Positions 48,386 through 59,000 of a DNA stretch of 64,000 nt are shown here, piece by piece. Both the position numbers and the translations under genes were made by a program. Each line of letters starts with the position of its first letter. The first letter of the stretch is position 1. Location of the stretch: NCBI GenBank assembly GCA_016188475.1, contig JACPHT010000007.1, positions 16,467-80,466 on the forward strand, in the 5' to 3' direction. The notes beneath the pieces were generated by a model, which was not told the origin of the DNA, ran no database searches, and worked only from the letters and a program-made list of their open reading frames with translations. The DNA is from Candidatus Uhrbacteria bacterium (lineage in GTDB: Bacteria > Patescibacteriota > Patescibacteriia > UBA9934 > GWF2-40-263).

Positions 48386-49400
48386 ACAAACTACTCAACA
48401 GTATCTTATTTGCCTTCATATACTCAATCGTTCGCGCGAGTCCATCCTCAAGGCGAACCAACGGAAACCACCCTAACTCTTTTGCGCGATCAATTCTAGG
48501 CAAAGAAAGTTCGGAAAGAAACACAAAACTTTCTCCTTCGGTTATTGTTGAAGTTGAATTTGTCATTTCAATAATCTTTTGCGCGACTTCCAACATTGAA
48601 TTATCAACGTCGCTTCCGATATTTGTCGGACCCGGATCTTGCGACGCGTCCATCAACCTAAACAAACAATCAACAACATCTGAAACATAAACAAGCGATG
48701 TTCGAAATTCTTTTCCTCCAAATAGAATAACTTCTTTCCCATCAAGCGCGTTCAAAATAAAATCTGGAATAAGGTGGCCGTCAAATAGTGGCATGCGAGG
48801 ACCATAAGTTCTGAAGATTCTCGCAATTCGAATGTCGATTCCGTGAACCTGACGATAAGTTTCAAACATTGTTTCAGAAAAACGCTTGCCCTCATCGTAA
48901 CACGCTCGAGGGGAAAGATGATTTACGATTCCGGTTTCTTCTTCACTTACACGCGGCTTCCCTTCTTTTCTTTCTCCATACACAACCGAACTTGATGCGA
49001 GTAAAATTTTCGCGCGATACTTTTTTGCAAGCTCAAGCGCATGATAAGTTCCGATAGAGCTTGAAAGAAGTGTTTGAATTTTATATTGATCAAATTGTTT
49101 GATTGATGTCGGACATGCCAAATGATAAATTTCTTGAATTCCCTGAAACGGCAACTTAAATGCCGCTAGCTCTGGAAATGATTCGAGATCAAACGGCTGG
49201 TTCACATCAAGTTTAATAAAACGAAAATTCGAATTTTGAAGAAGCAGATCGATATTCTTCGGATTGCTTGTTGCAAAATTGTCAACACAAATAACCCGAT
49301 GTCCGTCTTTGACCAATTGCTCGCAAAGAAAAGAACCAATAAAACCGGCTCCGCCTGTTATAAGAATGTTTTTATTAGAGAAAGAAGTTTGTACTGGCAT
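48384..49400 (-). CDS. UDP-glucuronate decarboxylase-like NAD-dependent epimerase/dehydratase
   Basis: TGGAGFIGS, IYHLACP, RACYDEGKR, RIFRTYGPRM. Confidence 0.85.
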   Translation of the reverse strand: MPVQTSFSNKNILITGGAGFIGSFLCEQLVKDGHRVICVDNFATSNPKNIDLLLQNSNFRFIKLDVNQPFDLESFPELAAFKLPFQGIQEIYHLACPTSIKQFDQYKIQTLLSSSIGTYHALELAKKYRAKILLASSSVVYGERKEGKPRVSEEETGIVNHLSPRACYDEGKRFSETMFETYRQVHGIDIRIARIFRTYGPRMPLFDGHLIPDFILNALDGKEVILFGGKEFRTSLVYVSDVVDCLFRLMDASQDPGPTNIGSDVDNSMLEVAQKIIEMTNSTSTITEGESFVFLSELSLPRIDRAKELGWFPLVRLEDGLARTIEYMKANKILLSSL

Positions 49401-49503
49401 ACATCGATATTATAATTGAATCCTTTGTTCTTATCCACTCTAAACCATTGTTTGTTGTAGTAGAGACAGACGGGCCGACTTTTTCTTGGCCTTGTACTAA
49501 TAT

Positions 49504-49576
49504 TGAGCAGTTGCACCATGTCTCCGTGCCAACGGACTCTTCGCCGTTGTTCACTCCGACATGGCGCAACCGCTCA
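49504..49576 (-). repeat. Covarying hairpin family, copy D (nested in the 4082-type element)
   Basis: TGAGCGGTTGCGCCATGTC-GGA-GTG-AAC-AACGG-CGAAGAGT-CCGTT-GG-CAC-GGA-GACATGGTGCAACTGCTCA. Confidence 0.85.
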
Positions 49577-49651
49577 TTTCAATCTTTTTTTTAGGCGCTA
49601 TGCAAGCGGGGTCAAGAGATCCAGCCCATGTCTTTTGTTAACCTAAAATTG

Positions 49652-51235
49652 TTAAAAATTCGCATCAAGTCCAGCCACTGACTTTTTCTCTGTTGCGACG
49701 TCGTAATCCGAAGTCGAATTGATCTTCAAACCAAACGTGTAATTTCCAACAAATGCGTCGGAAATATCATCGATCTGTTTGTTCCATGTTGAGCCATACA
49801 GTTCTGTTGCTATTTGTTCGGACGCTATCGCTCGCAGTTCTCCTTTTTTTGACACTGTATAAACAGTTGGCACTGTTTGAAACTTCACCATTTTTGTTCC
49901 AGGATGATATGTCACATTTTTCCCAAGTTGGAGTGAGGACATGAATGAAGAAGAAACTTCTTTCACGTTGTTGAAATTATCAAACCAAGTGAAAAAAACT
50001 TTATCGTTTGGAAATGAGTGACGCTTTCCGTCTGACGCATAAAAATAAACAGCTCGACATGGATCGTCCGCTTTTGTTTCTCCAACGCACGAGAGTTTTA
50101 TTAGAGAATTTTGTTCAACAGAAACAGCCGCGTTGCTTATATCTATTTTCGCAAACGATGGTGCCATAACGAACGCTTGCGCAATATTTAATCGCCCTGT
50201 TCCAACTTTTCCTTTTGCATCACCAGTTGAAATAACAGGACTCGCGGATAAACGTAAAATCGTTTCGATATCGCTCGGACCAAGAATCGGATAAGATGAT
50301 TTCAAAAGCGCGGCCGCTCCCGCAACCATTGGCACCGCCATTGAAGTTCCGGCCCAACCATTTGCATAATATGCAGACGAAAAATCTCTTTGATTGTCAT
50401 CTTGAAATGTTGTGCTAAAAATGTTTTCACCGGGCGCTGAAATGTCAGTGCATGTGGAACCGTAATTGGAAAAATCGGATTTCGTGTCGTTTTCGTCACT
50501 TGACGCAACTCCGATTACCCAGTCAGCGTTTCCTCCGTCACCATGACATGCTGGATAAATAGGTTTGTCATCAACGTTTATTCCACCACCCTTGGTGTTG
50601 CCGACCGCCGCGACAATTACAACTCCAGCTTCATACGCTTCTTTAATCGCATCCTTAAAAGATGGGTCAACTTCAAAACCAGTAAAACTCAAGTTGATTA
50701 CATTAGCTCCGTTTGCAACCGCATACTGAATTGCTTCTTTCGCTACAACAGATCCACCGATTCCGTTGTTGTCTAAAATTCTCAAATTCATCATCCTCAC
50801 ATGCCAGTTTATTCCTGCGATTCCATTTGCATTATTTCCAACAGCGCCAATTATTCCTGCTATAACAGTCCCGTGAGGAATGGCTGAATCGTCGTATGGT
50901 AAATTGAACGATGGAATTGGACTTGCGTCATCATCAACGAAATCATATCCGTTTACATCATCAATGTAACCATTTTTGTCATTATCAATTCCGTCACCAG
51001 CAGTTTCATCACCGTTTACCCAAACATTACCAACAAGATCGGGATGATCCATGTCAAAACCTGTATCAAGAATCGCGACAACAACATCTGTTGAACCAAT
51101 GTTGGAATCCCAAGCTTGTTCTAATTCCATTTTTTTCAAATACCATTGTTGTGAAAAATAAAAATCATTAGGTGTTAGTGCGAACGCTGGAAATGCAAAT
51201 GTTGCGCAAAAAAAGATCACGAAAAAATATCGCAT
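49652..51235 (-). CDS. Secreted S8 (subtilisin-like) serine protease with C-terminal surface domain
   Basis: Signal peptide; catalytic motifs ILDTG, HGTVIAG, GTSMAVP. Confidence 0.9.
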   Translation of the reverse strand: MRYFFVIFFCATFAFPAFALTPNDFYFSQQWYLKKMELEQAWDSNIGSTDVVVAILDTGFDMDHPDLVGNVWVNGDETAGDGIDNDKNGYIDDVNGYDFVDDDASPIPSFNLPYDDSAIPHGTVIAGIIGAVGNNANGIAGINWHVRMMNLRILDNNGIGGSVVAKEAIQYAVANGANVINLSFTGFEVDPSFKDAIKEAYEAGVVIVAAVGNTKGGGINVDDKPIYPACHGDGGNADWVIGVASSDENDTKSDFSNYGSTCTDISAPGENIFSTTFQDDNQRDFSSAYYANGWAGTSMAVPMVAGAAALLKSSYPILGPSDIETILRLSASPVISTGDAKGKVGTGRLNIAQAFVMAPSFAKIDISNAAVSVEQNSLIKLSCVGETKADDPCRAVYFYASDGKRHSFPNDKVFFTWFDNFNNVKEVSSSFMSSLQLGKNVTYHPGTKMVKFQTVPTVYTVSKKGELRAIASEQIATELYGSTWNKQIDDISDAFVGNYTFGLKINSTSDYDVATEKKSVAGLDANF

Positions 51236-51303
51236 AAAACTTCAAGCCAAATTTTATTCCTTGAGCTTGTCGAAGAGACAAAATTTGGTTAAATCATCTA
51301 CAG

Positions 51304-51486
51304 CCTTCGACAGGCTCAGGCAATAACTATTCATAACGCATTACCACCTTCGACAGGCTCAGGCAATAACTATTCATAACGCATTACCACCTTCGACAGG
51401 CTCAGGCAATAACTATTCATAACGCATTACCACCTTCGACAGGCTCAGGCAATAACTATTCATAACGCATTACGGCTCAGGCAATA
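51304..51486. repeat. Tandem array of a 43-bp REP-containing unit (about 4 copies plus a fragment)
   Basis: CCTTCGACAGGCTCAGGCAATAACTATTCATAACGCATTACCA starting at 51304, 51347, 51390 and 51433. Confidence 0.92.
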
Positions 51487-51513
51487 ATTTGCAACATGCA
51501 AATTGTTTCTATT

Positions 51514-53553
51514 CTACCAGATCGCACAGGTTGCACCGAATCTGTTTGACAATGTAAATGGAAAAAATCCACCAAGAACAACGCCGTTATTTTCAAAAAT
51601 TCTCAAATGAGGACCGGCTTTTAACAAAGGCATTGTGTAAATTTCAGCGCGACCGTTTTGATCAATATCTCCTGAACACACTTTTGCTCCGACACTCGTT
51701 TTTTGTTGATAAGGCATGAAAAATGTCTCGCGTGTTCCTGTTGGTGAATATGTCTCGATAAACGAAACTTTTTTGATGAGCGAGCTAACTACGATTTCAT
51801 TTTGCCCATCGCCATCAATGTCGCTGGCTGAAATGGTTTGTCCTTTTGAATCTTTTGAGAGACTAAACTCTCGAACATAACGACCGTCGCCATCTGTAAT
51901 TCGAATCAAGGATTCATTTTTTTGTTGAAGCAAAAATATAAGTTCATTTGACGCGTCTTCATCCATATTCGCAATCGCAAGTTGAAGAACTGAATCAACA
52001 CGCCCAAATGGACGCAACATACCCTGAAGCTGTCCATAACGATTAAACATTCGCACATCTCCAATGCCTCCAGACTCTGAAACAACAAAAATTTCTGCGA
52101 TTCCATCCGCGTTCACATCACCTGAAAACACCAAAATTCCACCGCGATCCGATGGATCATAAGCAAAAAACTGCGAAAGCAATTTTCCATCTAAATCAAA
52201 AACTCGAACTTGTGGACCGCCGCCTTTCCTCGCGCCAGTAATAATTTCTTCTTTTCCATCGCCATTAACATCAGCCATTGCGAGCGAAACACCACCGCGA
52301 AAATTCTTGTTATAAGCCAAAAACGACCCTTGTTTTTCTCCGTGAGCGTTAACGCGGATGACGCGAGGTTCAGTTCCAGGACCTTCTGCCACAACAAGAG
52401 AACGAGAATGGTCTGTGTTTGTTTTGACAGGTGCGATTCCTTGACCTGTTGCAAAAACTTTCGCGGCTTGAAGCGCGTTCGCAATGTTCAATCTTCCGGA
52501 GCCAAGACGTTTGCGAGCTTCAACTGAAGTTTCCTTCACTGGATCAACAGAAAGTTTGAGAGACAAACGGATCTGTTCCGGAGTTAGCGATGGAAACGCG
52601 GATTTCAAAAGAGCAGCCGCGGCGCTGACCATTGGCGCGGCGATTGATGTTCCTTCCCATGGCGAACCATACGAAGTCGAGGTCAAAAGATTTGACGCGT
52701 CATTGTACACGCTCGAAAAAATGTTTGTGCCAGGAGCGCTTAAGTCAGTACATCTTTCTCCAAAATTAGAGAACGTCGCTTTTTGGTCATTTTTATCTGT
52801 TGCCGCAACACCGATTACAATTTCTTTGTTCAAAAGTGAATCGTAACACGCTGGATAACTTGGTTTTAGATTCACATCGCGATCGCCATTTCCTACTGCG
52901 GAAACCACCACAACACCTTGATCAACCGCCCACGCAATCGTCTTTGCAAAATTCATGTCAGATTGATCAGACGTAAAACTCAAATTGATAACTTGCGCGC
53001 CGTTTTTTACAGCGTATTCAATTGCTTGTCGCACATCATAAGTTGATCCAGCGCCTTTTTCGTTTAAGATTCGAAGTGGCATGATTGAAATTTTTTGATT
53101 AATACCAGCGATTCCGATTCCATTTTTTGTTTCAGCTCCGATAATTCCAGCGATCGCTGTTCCATGCGAAATGATTGTGTCATTGAACTCCTTGCTTATC
53201 ACAGGAGACGGGTCAGGATCACTGTCAACAAAATCCCATCCGATCGTGTCGTCTTCATATCCATTTCCGTCATCGTCTTTATGATTGTTCGGGATTTCCA
53301 ATTTATTGCGCCAATACTGATTTTCAAGGTCTTCATGATCAAGATCAAATCCGGCATCAAGAATCGCGACAATAACATCAGTAGAGCCAATGGTTTCCTG
53401 CCAAGCAAGCGAAACACCAATTTTATTCAAATACCATTGTTCATTGTAAAACGGATCGTTTTGAGATTTGGCAGATAAATGAAAAAAAGGCGTAAAAATC
53501 ACGCTAATTAGAATTAAAAAATAAAAACTGAATGCAAAAACAGACGCTTTCAT
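51514..53553 (-). CDS. Secreted S8 serine protease with C-terminal FG-GAP/DxDGDG repeats
   Basis: ILDAG, HGTAIAG, GTSIAAP; DVNGDGKEEIITG-type repeats; start moved to 53553. Confidence 0.9.
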   Translation of the reverse strand: MKASVFAFSFYFLILISVIFTPFFHLSAKSQNDPFYNEQWYLNKIGVSLAWQETIGSTDVIVAILDAGFDLDHEDLENQYWRNKLEIPNNHKDDDGNGYEDDTIGWDFVDSDPDPSPVISKEFNDTIISHGTAIAGIIGAETKNGIGIAGINQKISIMPLRILNEKGAGSTYDVRQAIEYAVKNGAQVINLSFTSDQSDMNFAKTIAWAVDQGVVVVSAVGNGDRDVNLKPSYPACYDSLLNKEIVIGVAATDKNDQKATFSNFGERCTDLSAPGTNIFSSVYNDASNLLTSTSYGSPWEGTSIAAPMVSAAAALLKSAFPSLTPEQIRLSLKLSVDPVKETSVEARKRLGSGRLNIANALQAAKVFATGQGIAPVKTNTDHSRSLVVAEGPGTEPRVIRVNAHGEKQGSFLAYNKNFRGGVSLAMADVNGDGKEEIITGARKGGGPQVRVFDLDGKLLSQFFAYDPSDRGGILVFSGDVNADGIAEIFVVSESGGIGDVRMFNRYGQLQGMLRPFGRVDSVLQLAIANMDEDASNELIFLLQQKNESLIRITDGDGRYVREFSLSKDSKGQTISASDIDGDGQNEIVVSSLIKKVSFIETYSPTGTRETFFMPYQQKTSVGAKVCSGDIDQNGRAEIYTMPLLKAGPHLRIFENNGVVLGGFFPFTLSNRFGATCAIW

Positions 53554-53613
53554 ATAGCGTCTGCATTGTAACATTGGTATCTTGTTTTCTCCAGATTCTG
53601 TATGGCGGTAGTT

Positions 53614-53689
53614 AAAGAGCGGTAGCACTATGTCTCCAGGCCATCGGACTGTCGCCGCTGTTCCTTTCGACATAGTGCTACCGCTCTTT
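53614..53689 (-). repeat. Covarying hairpin family, copy E
   Basis: Perfect 21-bp stem AAAGAGCGGTAGCACTATGTC enclosing GAA-AGG-AAC-AGCGG-CGACAGT-CCGAT-GG-CCT-GGA. Confidence 0.85.
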
Positions 53690-53750
53690 GCTGTTATTTC
53701 GGTTTACCGGCAACCAATGTTAGTCCCCTTTGGAATTGGTACGACACTTG

Positions 53751-55214
53751 TTAAAAATTCGCATCAAGTCCAGCCACTGATGTTTTCTCTGTTGCGACGT
53801 CGTAATCTGAAGTCGAATTGATCTTCAAACCAAACGTATAATTTCCAACAAACGCGTCGGAAATATCATCGATCTGTTTGTTCCATGTTGAGCCATACAG
53901 TTCTGTTGCTATTTGTTCGGACGCGATTGCGCGTAATTCACCCTTCTTTGATACTGTATAAACAGTTGGCACTGTTTGAAACTTCACCATTTTTGTTCCA
54001 GGATGATATGTCACATTTTTCCCAAGTTGGAGTGAGGACATGAATGAAGAAGAAACTTCTTTCACACTGTCAAAGTTATCAAACCATGTAAAAAAAACTT
54101 TGTCGTTTGGAAACGCATGACGCTTCCCGTCTGACGCATAAAAATAAACTGCTTTACATGGATCATTTATTTGAGCGTTTACTTGACAGGCGAGTTTGAT
54201 GAGATTCCCAGCCACAGCTTCAGCCGTACCCCCTTCGACTGGCTCAGGGGATATTACTGTATCTACTGGCGTTTCCGTAACCGCTTCCCATTTCAATATC
54301 ACTGACTGATAATCATCTTTTGTGCCAGCAATCCAAAGTTCGTTCGTTGATGGATAATAAACATCACGGAGTGTGAAATTTTGCGGTGTATAATCTGTTG
54401 CTGTCCAAGTTTTTCCTCCATCTTGCGATCGAACAATAATTTTGTCGCCGACAATCACAATATCATCGCCAACTGCTTCAATGTCATAAAGCGTTTGTGT
54501 TGAAAGTCCGCTTACTGAAATCGTTGACCACGAATATCCGCTATCTGTTGTTTTTCGAATCGTTCCATTTTTTCCAACAACATATCCAGACGAAGAACTT
54601 GTAAACCAAACAGCAAGCAAATCTGTGTCAGTCGCCTTTCCTTTATTTGTCCACGTAATTCCAGAATCTGTTGTTTTTAACAATATCCCTTCTGAACCGA
54701 CAACCCACGCTGTTCCGTCACCACGATCTTGCACACCGAACAACGCAAGTGTCGTATTCGAAGTTGTTGTGTTCCATGTATCTGTATTTGAACCGTAATA
54801 TAAAATCCTGCCGTTTGTTCCAACAATGTACCCATGTTCAGAAGAAGCATCAATATCATAAAAAGTATCAGTGATTTCAAGTTTCCTTTGACTCCACGTC
54901 AAACCATTATTTGTTGATTCACGCAAGGTTCCACCTTCTCCAACCGCTCGGACTGTTGTTCCTGTTGTTTCAATATCTTGCCAATAAACATTTCCGCTTT
55001 GATCATACACAGTCCAAGTGTTTCCATTGTCAGTTGAACGAATGATGTTGCTTCCGTTTCCAACAGCAAAATAATTATCACCGGCTTTTGTAATACCTTG
55101 CAGACCTTGAATTGTTCCTTTTTCTTTTTCAATCCAACCTGAAGCGTGAGTCGGAAGAGAGATAAAAAACAATAAGACAAAAATCATTGATCTAATAAAA
55201 AAACGGTTCTTCAT
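53751..55214 (-). CDS. Secreted YCF48/BNR-repeat beta-propeller protein with C-terminal surface domain
   Basis: Signal peptide; Asp-box repeats STDNGNTW, STNNGLTW, TTDSGITW, SQDGGKTW. Confidence 0.85.
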   Translation of the reverse strand: MKNRFFIRSMIFVLLFFISLPTHASGWIEKEKGTIQGLQGITKAGDNYFAVGNGSNIIRSTDNGNTWTVYDQSGNVYWQDIETTGTTVRAVGEGGTLRESTNNGLTWSQRKLEITDTFYDIDASSEHGYIVGTNGRILYYGSNTDTWNTTTSNTTLALFGVQDRGDGTAWVVGSEGILLKTTDSGITWTNKGKATDTDLLAVWFTSSSSGYVVGKNGTIRKTTDSGYSWSTISVSGLSTQTLYDIEAVGDDIVIVGDKIIVRSQDGGKTWTATDYTPQNFTLRDVYYPSTNELWIAGTKDDYQSVILKWEAVTETPVDTVISPEPVEGGTAEAVAGNLIKLACQVNAQINDPCKAVYFYASDGKRHAFPNDKVFFTWFDNFDSVKEVSSSFMSSLQLGKNVTYHPGTKMVKFQTVPTVYTVSKKGELRAIASEQIATELYGSTWNKQIDDISDAFVGNYTFGLKINSTSDYDVATEKTSVAGLDANF

Positions 55215-55591
55215 ATATCTAATTTATTTTCGATAACTTCAAGCCGATCTTCGTGTCGAAGATACTGGCTTCTTTGCATTAAAAGTTCCTGTTCAAATGT
55301 TATGTGCCGAATAGCGATCGCGTCAATTGCTGTAAGGATCTCATCCTTAAATCCAATCATCTCATCTTTTGTAACAAAATTTCGCATTTCGTATCGAAGA
55401 TTAAATTCCAAGTCCTTAAGATCATCTTTCGTTGCAAAACGTTCGAATTCTTTTTTGAGTTCGTCCTTTGTAGCGAAAGACTTAAGTTCGATCCTTATTT
55501 CATTAATGTCGCCCTTGATTTCATCAACGTCGCCTTTGATTTCATCAATGGACTTTTGAAGTTTATTTATCTTTGTTTCTTGTATTGACAT
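55211..55591 (-). CDS. Small coiled-coil protein with F(A/V)TKD(E/D) repeats
   Basis: IDEIKGD/VDEIKGD heptads and FATKDEL, FATKDDL, FVTKDEM; start moved to 55591. Confidence 0.65.
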   Translation of the reverse strand: MSIQETKINKLQKSIDEIKGDVDEIKGDINEIRIELKSFATKDELKKEFERFATKDDLKDLEFNLRYEMRNFVTKDEMIGFKDEILTAIDAIAIRHITFEQELLMQRSQYLRHEDRLEVIENKLDI

Positions 55592-55664
55592 ATCTTGTTT
55601 TGATTGTAACAAATTATTTTGATTAAAAAAATCCCCCCAACGCACATTGGGAGGATAAAGCATT

Positions 55665-56015
55665 ATTGCCTGAGCAAAGTCGAAGGCTGTAGATGATTTA
55701 TTCAAATTTCATCCCTTCGACAGGCTCAGGGAATAAAATTTGACTATCTTACGAGAATTTTCTTGTTTGTCAATCAGAGGATGTTGATAACATTAAGAGA
55801 TCCTTCGCGGAGTTTACCCTGAACGAAGGTAAAGTTATGCCTTCGACAGGCTCAGGTAATAACTTTACCTAGGTCAAAGGGCTCAGAATAACAAACGATA
55901 TAAAACCAAAACCCCCGCGAAAAGCGGGGGTTGTTTGGTTCTTAATTCTCGCATCCTTCGACTCCGGCAAATTATTGCCTGAGCCTGTCGAAGGCCGTAA
56001 CTGCCTCCGCTCAGG
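55665..56015. repeat. Cluster of CCTTCGACAGGCTCAGG-type REP-like palindromes
   Basis: Copies or inverted copies near 55668, 55713, 55839 and 55977; family members also at 9518, 11461, 26616, 27911, 51260, 54232 and 61648. Confidence 0.8.
55909..55932 (-). terminator. Intrinsic terminator of the S-layer-like gene
   Basis: AACCCCCGC-TTTTC-GCGGGGGTT followed by a T-rich tail on the minus strand. Confidence 0.75.
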
Positions 56016-56036
56016 GTATATGAGAGTCAAGTTAGA

Positions 56037-59000
56037 TTACTTGGACCATGTCTCGCCTGCGAGATCAAGGTTCTTAACCAAGAATCCATTGTGCCAGTCG
56101 CCTGTTGAACTTGCGTTCGCGGCAGACGCGTGGCTTGCGGCGCTAATATCAGACCAGATGAGCTCTGCGGCAGTTCCGTCAGATGTATTGGCGGCTGCGC
56201 TTGTAAAGAGCTCCATGATTTCTGACTGACCAGCACCCTGATCTGTTTCGTCGTTGATATAGACGCTTGTGCCATTTGTAGCCGCATCTTGAGCCAAGTA
56301 GAAGCTCACTGAATCGCCAACAGTGTCAGCACCTACTGTGCGGAATCCTGTTGGAGTTCCACGAACAGTGTAGGTAACTGTTTCACCTTGAGAGATTGTG
56401 TCTTCTGTTGTCCAAGTTACGATTACTCTCGTGCTTGGTGTGGCATCAACGATACCTGTTGTGTCGGAAACAACGTTTCCAAGTTCATCAACGATTGTTG
56501 TCGAAGACGTGATGTCAGAACCGTTCTTGTAAATCTTGAGCGATTCGACTTCGAGTGTGTCACCTGTTCCACCGTCAGACCATGCTGTTGTGAGCTTGAA
56601 TTGCTTCAATGCAACAGATCCGCCAGAGGCAGTCAAAGTGAACTTATACATATCTTGTGCCTGTCCGTTCACAAGTGTGCTGTTTGTAAGATCAACAGCG
56701 CTAAGTGTTGGGATTGAAGCAAAGACGTATTGTGAGTTTCCGTTAACACTGGAGAATTCTGATCCAGATGTTTCGGTTGTTTCAACTCCGTTGCTGTCAG
56801 CAAACTTCACAGAGTAGAGAGTGTTTGCAACATCGGTTTGTGATGTGCCCGCTCCGACTCCGACACTGTTTAGAAGATACTTGACAGTCAAAATCTTTGT
56901 CGCGTTAGCGGCAACCGGAATGCTAAGACCTGTCCATGTTGCTCGCGTGAGCGAGCTTTCGTCGTACACAGTTGAAGCCTTGAGTGTGCTTCCGTCATAC
57001 AAACGAACTTCACCAACGAGCCCAGAAGCTGTTGCGCTTGCAACGCTTGTGGTCATTTCCTCGATAGTATAGCTCTCGTTTGACGCGCTGAAGCGATACT
57101 TGGCGGCTGTAACTTCCTGGTTTCCATAAACAATCGCGGCAACTGGGTGATCGTCATTGAACTCGGTAAATGTACCGGCTGTGATGGTCACTGTTTGACC
57201 TGCCTGTTTTGATGTTGATGGAGACGTGCCTGACTTCACTGATGTTCCGTTTGCATCAAAGGCTGTCTGAATGACTTCACCTGTTGAGATAGCTGAATCA
57301 ATATCAGCATATGCTTCAACATAGATAGTCTCACCGGCTTTCAACTCGTAGTTGATAGACCATGTGTTTGACGTTTCAGAGATCGAGCCCTTTATGCTGG
57401 TCATTACCATGTTTGAGGCAGGACCATATTTGAGATAGAGGTTATACATGTCTCCAGCGGCTGGCTCTGAAGTATCAGATGTCGCTGTATCTGTCTGGTC
57501 AAAGTCGATGTTGAAATCTGTCAAGTTGATACCTTCTGAAGTACCTGCTGTAACTGTGTAAGAACCAATCTTATAAGCAGTCTTTGGATCAATTGTTGTC
57601 TGGTTCGCGTATGAACCATTCTTGGCAACGGTCAATGCCGCGGCCGCAACTGTCAACGTGTTTGCGATAACAGCGGCGCCATCTGGTGCATCAATGTAGC
57701 TACCAGATGTCATTCGCTGAACGTTGAGAACGTTGTTCATGTCAGATATTTCAGCACGGATCGTGTCAGCATCTTCGATGTTGTCTGTTCCATCTGAATC
57801 GAATATGTCTGAACGGATTTCAAGTGATGCTGGAACCCCAGGACTGACAATAAACGATGAGCCGAACGAGTACGATGTGTAATCAGTTCCTGCTCCTGCG
57901 TTTGCCTCAAGTCCTGTTGTGCTTCCAATCTGCACACCGTTTAAGTATACAGCACCATTTCGCAATGTAACGTCATTGCCATCGCTCTCTGTGAAAGCAA
58001 AGCGTAGGTTTTCAACTTTCATCTTTTCTCCGAACGCTTTAATTGTCCACTTTCCAAGAGTAACGCCAGAAGACGTCTCTACGATATTCCCTGTTGGGGA
58101 ATCCGTGGTCTTGGTAAATGTAAGAGAACCACTTGCCATTGTCTGTAAACCAGCATCCATGGCTGAGAATGTGCTTGAACCAACAGTTGAAAGAACTGGC
58201 TGTCCGTAGTCAGAATCAACTGCTACGAAGTCAGCGCTGTTTCGAAGACCAACTTGGACTGTGCGACCAGATCCGCCGATAACGTCGGCCATGACTTTAA
58301 CCTGATGGTTACCGGTCTTGAGCTCGATTGGAGCGGCTGAAAGATCAAATGTCACATAACCAAGAGAATCTTCTGAAGCAACTGAACTTCCTCGCTTGAC
58401 ACCACCGACATAGAGTTGCCAGTTATTGACATCTACTGCGTCAATGGAACCAATGTTGCGAACGCGAACTGCTTTGAGCGAGAGTTCATTTGTTCCAACT
58501 GAAAGTGTGCGCTCAAATAGTTTAATTCCTTCTGCTGGATCAACACTTGTATTTGCGGTTGGAGTTGTGCTTCCTGAGAAATCAGCTGTACCAAATGTGC
58601 TTGGCTGAGAAGCGATTGTGTGAGTTGCTCCAACAAGTGGGAAGGAACCGGAAGCTGCACCACCGTTTGAGAATGTCAAATCTGAAGCAGAAGCGAGCTT
58701 AAGACCAACGGTTTGGCCGTTTGTGCTTGCGGCAATGTCAGAACGCACGACAACTTCCTTTGAAGCGCCAGGAGCGATTGCAAAAAGACCTGATGCATCA
58801 TTGAAAGTAACTTTTCCATCAGAGATTGTTGCGACGTCCGTCAAACGAACGAAGCCATCAAAGAGGTAAAGGTTAGACAATGTTGTGTCTGAAGAAACTC
58901 CAAGGCGAGCAAGAGTCACTTTGTTAAGTTTAACTTCAGAAGCTGAATTGTTGGTAAGTTTCAAGTGTGCTAGATCGGCAATACCTTGTCCAGCAATCAG

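Noticed and set aside
51304-51486. CRISPR array
   Set aside because: The would-be spacers are identical and the repeat is the dispersed REP-like unit; this is a tandem repeat.
53554-53673. N-terminal extensions in the ORF track (also at 6516, 6712, 26211, 27820, 32856, 46180, 55705)
   Set aside because: They run through repeats or overlap neighbouring genes; downstream starts give the expected domain or signal-peptide boundaries.
49649-54164. DGR template/variable repeat pair
   Set aside because: Both copies are coding, differences are mostly synonymous and not adenine-specific, and no reverse transcriptase is present.
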